DNA from: Chiloscyllium plagiosum
Taxonomy: Eukaryota
Direction: 5' to 3'
Assembly: GCF_004010195.1 (NCBI RefSeq)
Contig: NW_025214405.1
Location: 1-43,024 of the forward strand
Length of the DNA stretch: 43,024 nt
Position numbers and translations under genes: made by a program. Positions within the stretch are counted from its first letter, which is position 1. Every line of letters begins with the position of its first letter. This document shows, piece by piece, positions 10,800-22,835 of the stretch. Below the pieces are notes generated by a model that did not search any database, was not told the origin of the DNA, and was given only the letters and a program-made list of their open reading frames with translations.

Positions 10800-13700
10800 T
10801 TATCACAGAAAAACAAAAACCCTGGACAGTATGGCCAAAATGTTTTCTAAAATAATTTCATTTTTTGGTGCACTATATTTGTGAGGAAGTCAATGGGGAT
10901 ATATTCCACGACTATCCTGTGCCAGTTCGAAAGTTGTGGGGGGCCCTCACCCAATTCACTAAAATATTTTCCTTGCACAAAAGGAGAGAATGGTAAATAA
11001 TTTCCTCCTGTACACATCCAGGGAGGAAAAATCTGAAGAGCCCAAAAGTAGGGACACTGAATCCAATCTAATCTCTGTACCCAAGATCAAGGCATTCGCT
11101 ACTATATCCCAATACCTGCGGATCTTATGGCATGTCCATAGACAATGCATGAGAGTGCCAACTTCTATTTTACATTTAGGACACATTGGGGATGATCCTG
11201 CTTTGAATTTTGCGAATCGTTCAGGTGCCATATGAGCCCTGTGCAGTAATTTAATTAAATAGCCTGAGTTCTATTACAAATAGATATCTTTCTGGCATTT
11301 TCCCAGATGTCCTCCCACATTTCTAAAGAAATTTCCAACCTTAATTATTGATTCCAGGTTTTATATAATCATTCCATGTCCTTCGATATCTTATTATATA
11401 ATGACTGATAAAGAGTACTGACCGAGGGCAGCCCCATCGGCCATAGCACTCTTCTTTCCCTATCCGATTTGTAGGGATTAACTATCAGTGTGGTCTTCTT
11501 TTGTATAAAGTCTCGTATTTGGAAATACCGAAAGAGGTCCCTGTTAGGCAGTCCAAACTTGTGGTGCAACTGCTCAAAAGGACATAATAACCTCCCCATT
11601 GAACAGGTCTCCCAAGCAAGAGATACCTCTCGACTTCCAAGTTTTAAATGTAGCACCTGTCAGCCCTGGCTGAAATCCTGATGCTCCCACTACTGGGGTA
11701 TTAAGGGGGTTGTTTTGCAGGTCATTTTCATCTTGTCGCATATGCCTCCATGCCTTAATTGTATTTCATTCAGTAGAGTTTTTACAATAGTCCATAATAG
11801 CTCTCATCCTGTCCATAAATAAAAGATTGAGGAGGGAACATTTTGCTTGGGAGGACTCAATGTCTAACCAGATTATTGTGGGTCACAAGAGACCCGATCA
11901 GCTACATAGGACAATAAGGAGCTCAATTGATACCTCCTGAAATCTGGAAAGTCTAGTCCTCCCCTTGCTTGTGGAAGCTGCAGCTTTTCTAATTTGAGAA
12001 GGGGCCGTATTTGATTCCAAATAAAGGAGCCGAGCCAGCCGTAGAGCTTACGCAACGCCAATCTCAGCAGCATCAGGGGGAGCATTCTCATAGGATAAAG
12101 AAGATGACGTAGAATATTCATTTTAACTAAGGCTACTCTGCTTAACCAGGATATTGGGAGATCTCCCTAGCATTGAAGGTCCTTCCTTATTTTCTCTAAT
12201 AAGTGCACAAAATTGGCTTTATACAGCTGACCAAATACTAGAGTGATAAAAATACCTACGTATAGAAAACCTTCTAGTGACCACTGAAAGGGAAAGCAAG
12301 ATCCATCCAGTAAATTAGATACACTGGCAAGACCTCCCAACAGCATGGCCTCCGATTTCATAAAATTGATTTTATAACCTGAAAACATACCAAATAGATT
12401 GACCACTTGAATTAGGCGGGATATGGATATCAAAGGATCACTTAAGAAGAGGAAGACATCATCCCCATAGGGAGTGATTTTGTGCTTGCCCGATCCAACC
12501 CTCGGAGCAGTTATGTTAGGGTCAGTTCGTATAGCTTCCGCTAGTGGTTCAATCACCAGCGTGAATAATAATGGTGAAAGAGGACATCCCTGACACAGCC
12601 CCTGCCAACACTAAAGCTATCCGAACCTAAACCATTGGTCATCACCGCTGCTTTGGGATCATTATACAATACTGAAACCGATTTAGTAAATACCTCTCTG
12701 ACAGCGAACGTTTCCAGTGTATAAAAAAGATATGGCCATTCTACCCGATTAAATGCCTTCTCTGTGTCCAGGGAGACAACTAAACCTGGTATTGTTCCCT
12801 GTTGACAGGCTTGTATTGTATTTAAGACCCTGCTAATATTATTAGTTGATCTGCGACCCTTTGTAAACCCCATCTAATCCTTTTTTATAATGTATGGTAA
12901 GACCCTCTCCAGTCTTAATGCTAACATTTTGGAAAGAGTTTTGAAATCCACATTTAGCAAGGATATCGGTCTATATGATGAGCAATCTATTGGGGCCTTT
13001 CCCTTTTTAAGAATGAGAGAGATATTTGCTTCTTTCAACAAAGGCGGGAGGCAGCTCTTACTATGTGAGCAATTGTACATATTTATGAGTGGCCCGTCCA
13101 GTTCCCCTATAAACTCTTTATAGAACTCAACCTGGAATTCGTATGGCCCAGGCACTTTGCCACTCTGAAGCTGCCGAACCACATCGAGTACTTCCTGGGT
13201 TGTCAGAGGGGCATTCAAGATCCACACCTGCTCAGAGGTTAAGTCTAGAAGGGCCAAATTTTTAAAGAAGGATTCCATCTTTCCAGTTCTATCCTCACAG
13301 TCCTACAATTTATACAGGTGTAAAGGCTATATTGATCTTTTTAAACAATCACAAGTCAAGGTACCAGCACTTTCTCTAATGGACGTAATGGCTGGGGGAA
13401 CCTTTTTCTTTCCAGCAAGGTACGCTAGATATCTGCCAGGCTTATCGCCCTATTCAAATAATCTCTGCTTTGCGAATAATATTTCCCTCTTTGCTGTTTG
13501 GGTAAGTGCAGTATTCAAGGCTGCCCTAAGGGCTGTGATCCTTTGTAGCTTAGTAATGGAGGGCCTGTCAACATATGCTGTCTCAGCTGCCTTCAAGTGA
13601 GCCTCAAGCAGGTGCTGTTCCTCTCCCTTTTGTCTTTTCCAAGTCGCAGAATATGAGATGACCAAGCATTGCGCATATACCTTAGTGGTCTCCCACATCA

Positions 13701-14551
13701 TCAATGGGTTACTGGCTTACTTGAATTAATTTCCCAGAAGGTTTTGAGTTCCTGCGAAAAATACTTTATAAATTTGCTATCCTTTAATGTGAAGGGATCC
13801 ATATGCCAATGTCAGGGGCCTATCCCATCATCCCTAGTCTTGACTTCCATATATACTGTGACATGATCAGAAATAGCTATATTACCTATTTTACAAGACA
13901 GTATCGAATTCAAAAGGGTCGAGGAGGCAAAAAAAACATATCAATTCTGGTATGGCACTTGTGTGGATTACAGTAGAAAGTAAAGGCTCTACCCTGGGGA
14001 TTAAGGCACCTCCACACATCTACTAGCCCTAGCTCCTTGTTCAGATCCACCAGTTGTCTAGATCTATACCCGTAGTGCTCCTAGGTATCCTACCTGTCTC
14101 TGGATCCATAATACAGTTAAAATCTCCTCCTATAATTGCATGGCGGACCCTAAAAACCATCAATGTAGAGTACGCTTCCATTACAAATTTAAAAGGGTGC
14201 GTTGGGGGGCAATAAAGATTCAAAATTCCATATTCCTCTCCATGTATTAGGGCTTTGATCAATATATGCTGTCCAGACTCATCTTTTATCTGGCTTAACA
14301 TTTGGAAAGGAAGATTCTTCAGAATAAGAATGGCTACTCCCCAATTTTTTGAACTGAAAGATGAAAAGAAAGCTTGATCAAATCCACCCTGTTGTACCTT
14401 TAAAGTGTTCTTTATCAAGTAGATGTGTCTCCTGTAACAGAGCTACATCAACCCTTTCGTTTTTAAGACTTGATAATATCTTTTTCCTTTTGATTGGCGA
14501 ATTACTCCCCTTGACATTCCAGGTGCACCACCTAAACGAATGGCTAGCCAT
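10800..14551 (-). pseudogene. L1 ORF2p (APE endonuclease, reverse transcriptase, CCHC), multiply disrupted
   Basis: APE: WCTWNVKGSNSPIKRKKIL...LLQETHL and IIGGDFN. RT: SYRPISLLNVDFKTLSKMLALRL, SLDTEKAFNRVEW, YGDD. Zn-knuckle: CPKCKIEVGTLMHCLWTC. The 3' end is approximate. Confidence 0.9.
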
Positions 14552-15223
14552 GACCGTCCAGGCAAGCCCGAGACCCTCCAGGAGGAAGAACCCCACACAA
14601 AAGACCTTGAATAAAGACCATAGAGAATTCTCAAATACAAAAAAAGCTTTAAAACAATTAAACCAACACAAATAAAAACTACTCCTAAAAAAGAAATACA
14701 CAATGCAAAACATATTTGAAAGGAGACTTTCCCCTTGCTCCTAGGGGGTATAACTACCTATCAATAACCCCACCATAACCTCTCCTAGCTAGAGCACTGC
14801 CCCCCGGCCCAGGCATTGTAGAATGGAGTAAACAAATTCAAGCGTTTTATAAAACCAGAGTTAAAAGTGAGTGACCCAACGCGCCCCCCACCAACACCTG
14901 GGTGCATTTAGTAAAAACAATACAAAATAGAAATATATAACGTTACAAAATTACAATCCCAGTAAGTATTAGGCAATTAAGTAAGATGAAGAAAAAGGAA
15001 AGCCCACTCTAGAAAAAAAGCAAATCAGAACAAACTCCCCCTCCCACAAATCAAGTAAGCTGCACGAACTATAAAAAAAAGACCAAGGGAAGAGTAAAGA
15101 GCAAGCCCCCCACTCCCACAGAAAGATGAATGGAAAACAGATGAAGTAGGAAAAAAAAGGGTAAACAAAAGGGGGGCAAAATAAAGTCGTTATCCATACG
15201 GTTCAACTCCCAACTCCCGCAGT

Positions 15224-16075
15224 CTATTTAAGAGAGACCAAGAATTCTTTTGCTTTCTCTGGTGATCCAAAGTTATAAGCAGATCCTCCATGGCTGAGGC
15301 TCAGCGTTGCCAGATAACGCGTGGAGTATTGACTATTGAGGCCTCTCAGATGCTTCTTCGCCTCATCGAATGCCCTCCGCTTGCAGACCATGGCTGGAGA
15401 GAAGTCCTGCAATAACATTATCCTGGAACCCTTGTGCATCATGGCCTTGGGATCCTTCCCCAGGACTCTGGAGGCCTCCACGAGCATTTGTTTTTCTTTG
15501 TAGCATTGGAGTCAGATTAGGACTGGGTGGGGGCGCTAGTCAGGCCAGGGCCTGCGTACAGCAACCCGGTGGGCCCACTTCACCCGCACCCAGCATGGTC
15601 CTGACTCCAACTTCAATAATTTTGGGAGTCATCGCTCCAAAAAGTCCACAAGGTGGCGTTCCTCTTCCTGTTTGGGAAGGCCTAGCAATATTTTTCCGAT
15701 GACCCCGATTATCGAGGTCATCGATGTGCTCCTCCAGGGTCCGGATTCGATGCTCGAGAGCCCAGACCTGACCCACAGATGACTTGGCAGCAGTCTCCAA
15801 GGCGCGGCCCGTTGCTCAGCCCCTCCGACACACGGCTCGAGTTTTTCAATCTCTCGGACATGCTTCTGCAGCATGACCGAGATCGACTCCCACGTGGACC
15901 GGGTCTCCTCAATGAAAGCGTCGACCTTCTACTGGAATTTGGTGATCCCGGAGAACAGGCTCATCACCGAGGGTAAATCCCCCAAGGTGGCCGCGGATGT
16001 CTCTGCTGCTGCGAGAGGGGGTGGGGGAGGGGTCCCTGCCTGTTGCGAGCTGCGGGAGTTTTTGACCTTAGTCAT
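15224..16075 (-). pseudogene. L1 ORF1p (coiled-coil/RRM/CTD), frameshifted
   Basis: Starts MTKVKNSRSSQQ. Contains LEEHIDDLDNRGHRKNI, GLPKQEEERHLVDFLE and C-terminal IMLLQDFSPAMVCKRRAFDEAKKHLR...FGSPEKAKEFL, split across frames. Confidence 0.85.
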
Positions 16076-16230
16076 TTTTTTAAAAACACCAAACTGTTCA
16101 AGTTTGATGTAAAATGACTGAGTACGCTGGGCTAAAGCTATCCTAAATAATTTAAAGGCTGAGGTGAAGGTGGGTACCCCACTTTGCCCAAGTCTTAGGC
16201 AGAGCACAACAGACTCCGACTTACTGGGTC

Positions 16231-16242
16231 GCCGCCATCTTG
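16231..16242 (-). promoter_or_regulatory. YY1-binding motif in the L1 internal promoter
   Basis: GCCGCCATCTTG (minus CAAGATGGCGGC) starts at +10 of the element and matches the YY1 consensus CCGCCATNTT. Confidence 0.7.
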
Positions 16243-16344
16243 AATCCCCCCAAAACTGAGGCAGTTTAACCATAGACCAATGGAATCAGCTAACATTAAT
16301 CAGTCATTTTTACGTTTTGGGAAAAAAGTAATTCAAATTAAAAG

Positions 16345-16635
16345 AAGAAACTTTCATTACATTGTGCCTTCTATGCATTTAGGAGACCTAAGGTATGTTA
16401 CTTCTGAGCTACTTTGTTATGATACTGTTGTAACTTGAGGAAATATGGCATAAGTTTGCACTCAAGCTCCCAGAAATAGCAATATGGTAAGTAATGTGTT
16501 TTTAATGATATTGGTTGAGTGAAAAATATTGTTCAGGATACTTGAAGAACTCTCTTTTTCTCCCTTGAATAGTGTGCCATTCCAGTCCATCTGAGCTGCT
16601 GAAGATGACAATTCTACAACTTAAAAATGGCACCC
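16345..16635 (-). mobile_element. Ancient DeuSINE-like relic (others at ~2470-2625 + and 8478-8805 -)
   Basis: Degenerate motifs ttggttgag..aaatatt, tttgca..caag.tccca.aaa.agcaat and ttgaa.tgtagtcactgtt; recognised by eye. Confidence 0.5.
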
Positions 16636-17211
16636 ATGAGAAAGAGCATCTTAGTTATTATTAATCTGATGAGAAACCTTTTGTTGGTCTTCCCACTGAA
16701 TTGAAAGACCCTGAAATAAAAAAAAGTGAAGAAGCTCAACAGTTTTGGCAGCATCTGTGGGGAGAAAGAGACTCTGTCTTTTTTGTGACTGTTAATGCCA
16801 AATGCTGGAAAATTCTTCATCTGTCCTTTACCTCCTTTGTTTTGGATGAGAAATTAAACCACTGTTTTTTGGATGCATGTAAAGGATCTGAAGACACAAT
16901 TCAAAGTGGAGCAATTAAGTTCTTTAACTTTTTCACTTCTTTTCCTCCAATTCCTCTTTTAACTTTTATGTCTGACAAAGCATTGTCAGCTACCCTAATG
17001 AAGCTTGGTGCTAAAATTTGCTTCGTCAATATTCCCATAAAGCTGCCTGGGATATTTTGTTTGAATAAAGAGACCTTATAAATATACATTGTCATTACAG
17101 AAATAACAGTACAAATGGTATGTCATCACTGTTTGACGAAGTTGTGTCAGCCTCTGATACTTCCATTATGCTATACTTCTGAAACTGACAACTTGCCAAC
17201 GTTTTGAAAAG

Positions 17212-18590
17212 TCCAACCATCTTTAGCTGCTTCTTCAATCTTCTTCCCTCCGTAAGGTCTGAAATAGGAATATTCACCGACGATTGCATAATGTTCAGCA
17301 CCATGCACAACTCCTCAGGTACTGATGCAGTCAGAGTCATACAGCATGGAAATAGACCCTTTGGTCCAACCAGTCCATGCCAAACATCATCTCAAACTAA
17401 ACTAGTCCCACCTGCCTGCTCCTGGCCCATATCCCTCCAAACCATTCCTATTCATGTATTTAAACAAATGTCTTTTAAATATTGTAATTTTACCTCACAA
17501 AGTGTTCTCATGAAGTTCATTCTACACACAAACCACCTTCTATATAAAAAAAATTGCCTCTTAAGACATTTCAAAATCTCTCTTCGCTCACCTTAAAAAT
17601 GTGCCCACCAGTCTTGAAATCTCCCATCCTAGGGAAAAGAAACTACCATTAATTCTACCTATACCTCCCATTATTTTACCAACTTCTATCAGATCACCCT
17701 TCAACCTCCTACCCTCCAGTGGAAAACATCCCAGCCTATCCAGCCTTTCTTTATAACTCAACACTTCCATACCCAGAAATGCAACAAGATATGAACAATA
17801 TCCAGGCTTGGGCTGACACTGCCAAGAAACATTTGCACCACAAAATGCCAGGCAATGACCATCTCCAGTAAGAGACAGTCTAACCACCATTCCTTGATAT
17901 TCAATGGCACTACCAATAGTGGCACTACCACTGTCAACATACCTAGGATTATCTTTGACCTAAAGCTCAATCTGACTCACCACAGAAACACAGTGGCTAC
18001 AACAGCAGATCAGAGACTCGGAATACTGCAGCAAGTAACTCACCTCCTGACTTCCCAAAGCCAGTCCATCATCAAGAAGACACAAGTCAGGGGTGTGACG
18101 GAATTCTCCCTACTTGCTTGGATGGGTGCAGGTCAAACAACACTCAAGAAGCTTGACACACGCCAAGACAAAGCAGCCCACTTGACTGGCACCACATCCA
18201 CAAGCATCTATTCCCTCCACCACATACTCTGTTGCCGCAATGTGTACTATTTACAAGATGCACTGCAGAAATTCACTGAAGATCTTTAAAAAGAATCTTC
18301 CAAATCCACAACTACTTCCATCCAGAAGGGCAAAGGCAGCAGATACATGGAAACACCACTACCTGCATGTTCCTCTCCAAACCACTCCCCATCCTGAATT
18401 GAAAATATATTGCTATTCCTTCACTGTCACTGGGGCAAAATCATGGTATTCCCTTCTTCAGGGCAGTTTTAGTCAACCTAGAGCACATGGACTGAAGTGG
18501 TTCAAGAAGGAAGTTCACCACCACCTTCTCAAAGGCAACTAGGAACACGCAATAAATGTTGGCCAGCCAGTGTTGCCCATGTTGCCCAAG
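17212..18590 (+). mobile_element. Older CR1-clade LINE 3' part, interrupted by a minus-strand HER1/CR1 3' fragment (~17330-17776)
   Basis: GPTIFSCF-like / IFTDDC RT motif, QRLGIL, LAWMGA..TLKKLDT.QDKAA. The nested piece has an agagtcatacagcatgga tail and RRLKGDLIEV. Confidence 0.85.
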
Positions 18591-19149
18591 TGTAAAAGGA
18601 TTGCATTGAAAGTGTTAATATTGTAGATGTAGATCTGAAGAAAATGACTAGCTTAAAAAACCTGGAGTCAATGGTGGCAAATTGAAATTTAGCAACAGAT
18701 CAGGTCAACTTGGAGCAACTGATAATTGTACAATGGAGTTTGGTACGTTCGATATATTTGGCTGAAACTGAAAGGAAGAACAGATAGTTGAGGCCACCCT
18801 TCTTGTATAAAGTAGAAATGTGATCAACATTAACACAATATACTGATCATCGTACAGATGCTGAAATGGGATGTGTATGGAGGGTACTCAAGGCCAAGAT
18901 CAGTTGAATGGAAGCTGATCTTTTTTAGTATGGTTGAAAGTAGGTAAATCTGCAGATAAGATGTATCCAAACCCTTGCCTTGCAATGGTCTCTGACATTA
19001 ATTTTCCAATCCTCTTTGGCCACACAAGGGGTGGCAATGGGCTCAACTTCAGTCGAATTATTGTGGGAACATTATTGAAGAAGAGTGGCAGCTTAAAGCA
19101 GGAAACGATTAGAAAAATTTCTGGTGGACAGAATTCCTCTTCACTTAAT

Positions 19150-20978
19150 CAAGGCTAGTAAACATGGGTTTGTGAGGAGGCTATCTTGTTGAACAAATTT
19201 GATTGAATTTTTCAAGGAAGCGACTGGGTATTTAGATGTGGGTATTGCAGTTCAAGCAGTCAACGTGGACTTCAATGGAGCATTTGACAAGGTCTGGTAA
19301 AACAGACTAGCTAAGAAGCTAATAGCCCATGAGATCCAGAATAATTTGCTAAATGGATCCAAAATTGGTTCAGTGGCAAGAGCAGAAGCTGATGGTGAAA
19401 GATGTTTTTGTGACTGGAAGACTGTGTCCAGTGGCGTACCACAGGAGCTTGTGCTGGGTCCTTTAATGTTTATTACATACATTACTGACCTAAACATGCA
19501 TTTAGAGGGCTTGATCAATAAGTTCACAGTTGACACAAAAATTGGTGATGTGTAAAACAGCTAGGAGGGGAGGATTTAGCCACAGGCCAATATCAGGGAG
19601 ACAGGACACCTACTCGCAAAGCGCTTCAAGAGAATATCTCTGGGACACCCACACCAATCAACCCCTCCACCCCATGGGTGAACACTTCAACTCCCCTTCC
19701 CACTCTGCTGAGGACATGCAGGTCCTGGGCCTCCTCCATCACCACTCCCTTACCACCCAACACCTGAAGGAAGAACGCCTCATCTTCTACCTCAGGACCC
19801 TCCAACCCCATGGGATCAATGTGGATTTCACCAGTTTCCTCATTTCCCCTCCCCCCATTTTATCCCAGTTCCAACCTTCCAGCACAGCACTGCCCTCATG
19901 ACCCACCCCATTTTATTCATCTTCCTTCCCACCTATCCGCTCCTCCTCCCCTCCAACCTATCACCTTTACCCCAACCTCCATCCACCTCTTGCACTCTCA
20001 GCTACCTTCCCCCCATCCCCACCCCCACCCATTTGTCTCTCCACTCCAAAGCCTCCCACCCTCATTCCTGGCAAAGGGCTTTTGCCCAAAACATTGATTT
20101 TCCTGCTCCTTGGATGCTGCCTGACCTGCTGTGCTTTTCCAGCACCAGTCTAATCTTGACTTTAATCTCCAACATCTGCAGTACTCACTTTTACCACAGG
20201 CCAAGGTAGATGGGCCGGTCAGATGGAATTTAATCTTGTAAAGGGAAGTGATGCACTTTTGGAGGACTAAAAGCAAGAGAGTACATGGTGAATGATAGGA
20301 AGCTAGGGAGTATAGAATGTCCAAAGATCCCTAAAGGCAGCAGGGTAAGTAGATAAGGTAGTTAAGAAGACATATGGGATACTTGCCTTTATTAGTCAAA
20401 ACACTGAGTATCGGAGCAAGGAGGTTATGATGGAACTATACATACCATCAATTAGGTGACAGCTGGAGAATTGTGTGCAGTTTTAGTCACCAAACTATAG
20501 AAGGGATATGATTGGCTGAAGAGGATGTAGGGGAGATTCTCCAGGATGTTTCCTGGGCTGCAATGGTTCGGCTATGAAAAGAGATGAGATTGAACTGGGA
20601 TTGTTTTCTTCAGAGCAGAGAAGGCTAAGTCGGAATTGGATTGCAGGCGACAAACTTCTGAGGGGCATAAACATAACAGATGGGGAGAAATCTTTTCTTT
20701 TATTTGAGAGGTCAATAATTAAGGGCACAATTTTAAAGTTAGGAATTTGAGGTTTAGAGGGGATTTAAGGTAAAAAGTTTTCAATCAGAGGGTTGTGGAT
20801 ATTTGGAACTCACTGTCTAATTATGGTGGTAGAACCCTCAAGACACAGGTAGTATTTAGACAAACATTTAAGCACAATAGCATACAAGGCTACAGGCGAA
20901 GTGCTGGAAAATGGGATTAGGGTAGATCCATGTTAGAAGACTAGACCCTGCATCGAACAGCCTCTTTCCATGCTGTAA
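19150..20978 (+). mobile_element. Decayed CR1 LINE (host of the Penelope insertion at 19591-20193)
   Basis: DWKTVSSGVPQELVLGPL...INKFTVDTKIG; continues through the RT C-terminus to the 3'UTR. Confidence 0.85.
19591..20193 (+). mobile_element. 5'-truncated Penelope-like element inserted in a CR1 LINE
   Basis: GIY-YIG C-terminus (EHFNSPSHSAEDMQVLGL...KEERLIFYLRTLQPHGINVDF), a C-rich 3' region, then a degenerate family A terminal repeat. TSD ccacaggccaa at 19580-19590 and 20194-20204. Confidence 0.88.
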
Positions 20979-21004
20979 AAACGCAAATCAGTACATCGGG
21001 ATTA

Positions 21005-21090
21005 CAAAGTTAAAAATCACACCACACCAGGTTATAGTCCAACAGGTTTATTTGGAAGCACTAGCTTTCAGAGCGCTGCTCCTTCATCAA
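21005..21090 (-). mobile_element. Penelope family B terminal repeat with degenerate hammerhead motif
   Basis: Minus strand uUGAUGA-A-GGAGC-AGC-GCUCu-GAAA-GCUA, with a palindromic AGCU helix III. Confidence 0.7.
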
Positions 21091-21140
21091 CCACACGATT
21101 GATGTAACCAAGACAGGGTTAAAATGGTATATTCAACGAG

Positions 21141-21271
21141 GTAAAAACAATGACTGCAGATGCTGGAAACCAGATTCTGGACTAGTGGTGCTGGAAGAGC
21201 ACAGCAGTTCAGGCAGCATCCTGAAGGAGTTTCGAAATCGACGTTTCGGGCAAAAGCCCTTCATCAGGAAT
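21141..21271 (-). mobile_element. Short Penelope family A terminal-repeat insertion with intact hammerhead motif (21240-21267)
   Basis: gtaaaaacaatgactgcagatgctgg...gacgtttcgggcaaaagcccttcatcagg. A partial TSD aaaatggtat flanks it. Confidence 0.85.
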
Positions 21272-21429
21272 AAAAATGGTATGTTGCAGAGACAACATGG
21301 GATGACCCAAGTGATAAAAATGGAACTGGAAGAAGATTAGGAAAGCCGAAGACCAGATCAAAGGATGAGAATCGTAAACAAAATGAAATTGGAACAGCAC
21401 TATGTAGCAGAAGGAGATGAGGAGTGATC

Positions 21430-22560
21430 AACCAGCTCCATGGCAACCACAGGTCAAATGGGAGAAACATTAAAACGAGAACACAACACATTTATTTAAA
21501 ACATTCCAATGTGTTATAAAATTATCATCGAGAAACTATTATCTTGCATCTCTATCAATGAAGAAAGTGAACAGTAACATAAATCCTGAATCGTTTGCCG
21601 ACATCCGAGAGCCGATCCGGCTGTGCAAAACCAGGTAAGCCCGTTCGCCACCTGGAGGAGGAGTCTCACGGTGGTACGTTGGCCACACAAACACACACTT
21701 TGAGAACTAACTACTCTGATAAACAACGTACAGTTTCACCTCAGGGCTAGGATTGAAAACTATACACCTTTTGTTTTCTTAGTCCGCAAACCCTGTGTTG
21801 CGTTTATCAATGTGAGTCCTGCAAGGAAATGCTGACGATCACTTCGTTCTAGTGCTGAGACCTGTCCACTCTGGAATTAACCCACAGTTGGAATGTTTGC
21901 AAACCGTACAACTCTGGGTGTTTTGGAAAACTGTCTCCAATGGAAGGGGGAACGGAAAATCACATTTGCATAGTCAATCCCACCTATATCTTGGATGCCA
22001 ACAAAATGCAGTCCTCCTTACCAGCTGACGTCACATCCCCTGTAAAAGGAGTCTGATCCCCGAACGCCACGTACGTGGATTTATTTTCAGCTCTCAACCA
22101 ACCCTGCTAACAAACTACGCAACTCTCCTGATGGACAGTAGAATTAACCATTAGGAGATGGACTGGTGTATAAGGCGGGACCTCTTGGGGGAGCCTGACC
22201 AATGGAGGTGATATAGAGGCGTGGCCTATCGGTGCTGGTGCTTGGTTACGTTGCAACATTTGTCAAACGGGGTCGAGCTGTGGTGGATTGGAGCTGAAGG
22301 TGCTGTTTACGTTCATAGAGGGTTTGCGAAGACCGTGGCTGTGTATCTTTCTACGGGTTAGAGGTGCCGAGGGTAAAGGGAACACCACTAAACCTGATCT
22401 TTCATGTTCAACTTCATCATTGAAAAAGAACTTCATTACCCAGAGTCCTGCCTGAAAGTAGGAGGCACCAGACATCAGGGTAAGAAGTACAGATACGCCG
22501 CTAGAATGAATCGTTGTATGAAATTTATTCCGTACCAATCCTAATAGTTGTTCTGCCGTG
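21430..22560 (+). promoter_or_regulatory. CpG-enriched putative promoter / 5' non-coding exons, probably of NUCB2
   Basis: Mostly non-repeat sequence with locally retained CpGs. Motifs: CRE TGACGTCA 22026-22033, palindrome CCACGTACGTGG 22067-22078, GC box GGCGGG 22174-22179, CCAAT 22199-22203, GGCGTGGC 22218-22225. Strong + strand donors CAG|GTAAGC (21635) and G|GTAAGA (22480). Lies ~9 kb upstream of the ATG exon. Confidence 0.6.
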
Positions 22561-22835
22561 ACATGAGCAGGCTGTCTTAAAGGCATTAAACTTGATGTCC
22601 ACAGCAGGTGACCGTTAAATTCTGACACTTTGTGACCCTTGGCAAAATCTCTGCTCAAATTGTGAAACATGTTATGTTTAACGTTTTCTTTCTGCAGGTT
22701 GGAGTTCAAAATATTTCATCATACAATTTCACAGCACATTCGGTTTAAGACTTAAAACATAACTTAAAAACTTTGTTATATTCGTTCCAAAGCTTGTTAA
22801 AGGCTTGACACTGACCACAAAACCACATTTCTGGT

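Larger units (their letters stand above)
10468..16251 (-). mobile_element. Full-length, decayed L1-clade LINE (~5.8 kb)
   Basis: 16-bp TSD aaaactgaggcagttt at 10452-10467 and 16252-16267. The 5' end on the minus strand reads GGGGGGATTCAAGATGGCGGC. Remnants of ORF1 and ORF2 are present, with AATAAA (minus, 10493-10498) and an A-rich tail. The insertion site is TT/AAAC-like. Confidence 0.93.

Noticed and set aside
16701..17081. 126-aa + strand ORF
   Set aside because: Non-ATG start inside a Penelope relic, no recognisable homology, and no convincing + strand splice sites.
22263..22709. 148-aa minus-strand ORF over the promoter
   Set aside because: Non-ATG start, no recognisable domain, and it overlaps + strand splice signals; probably chance.
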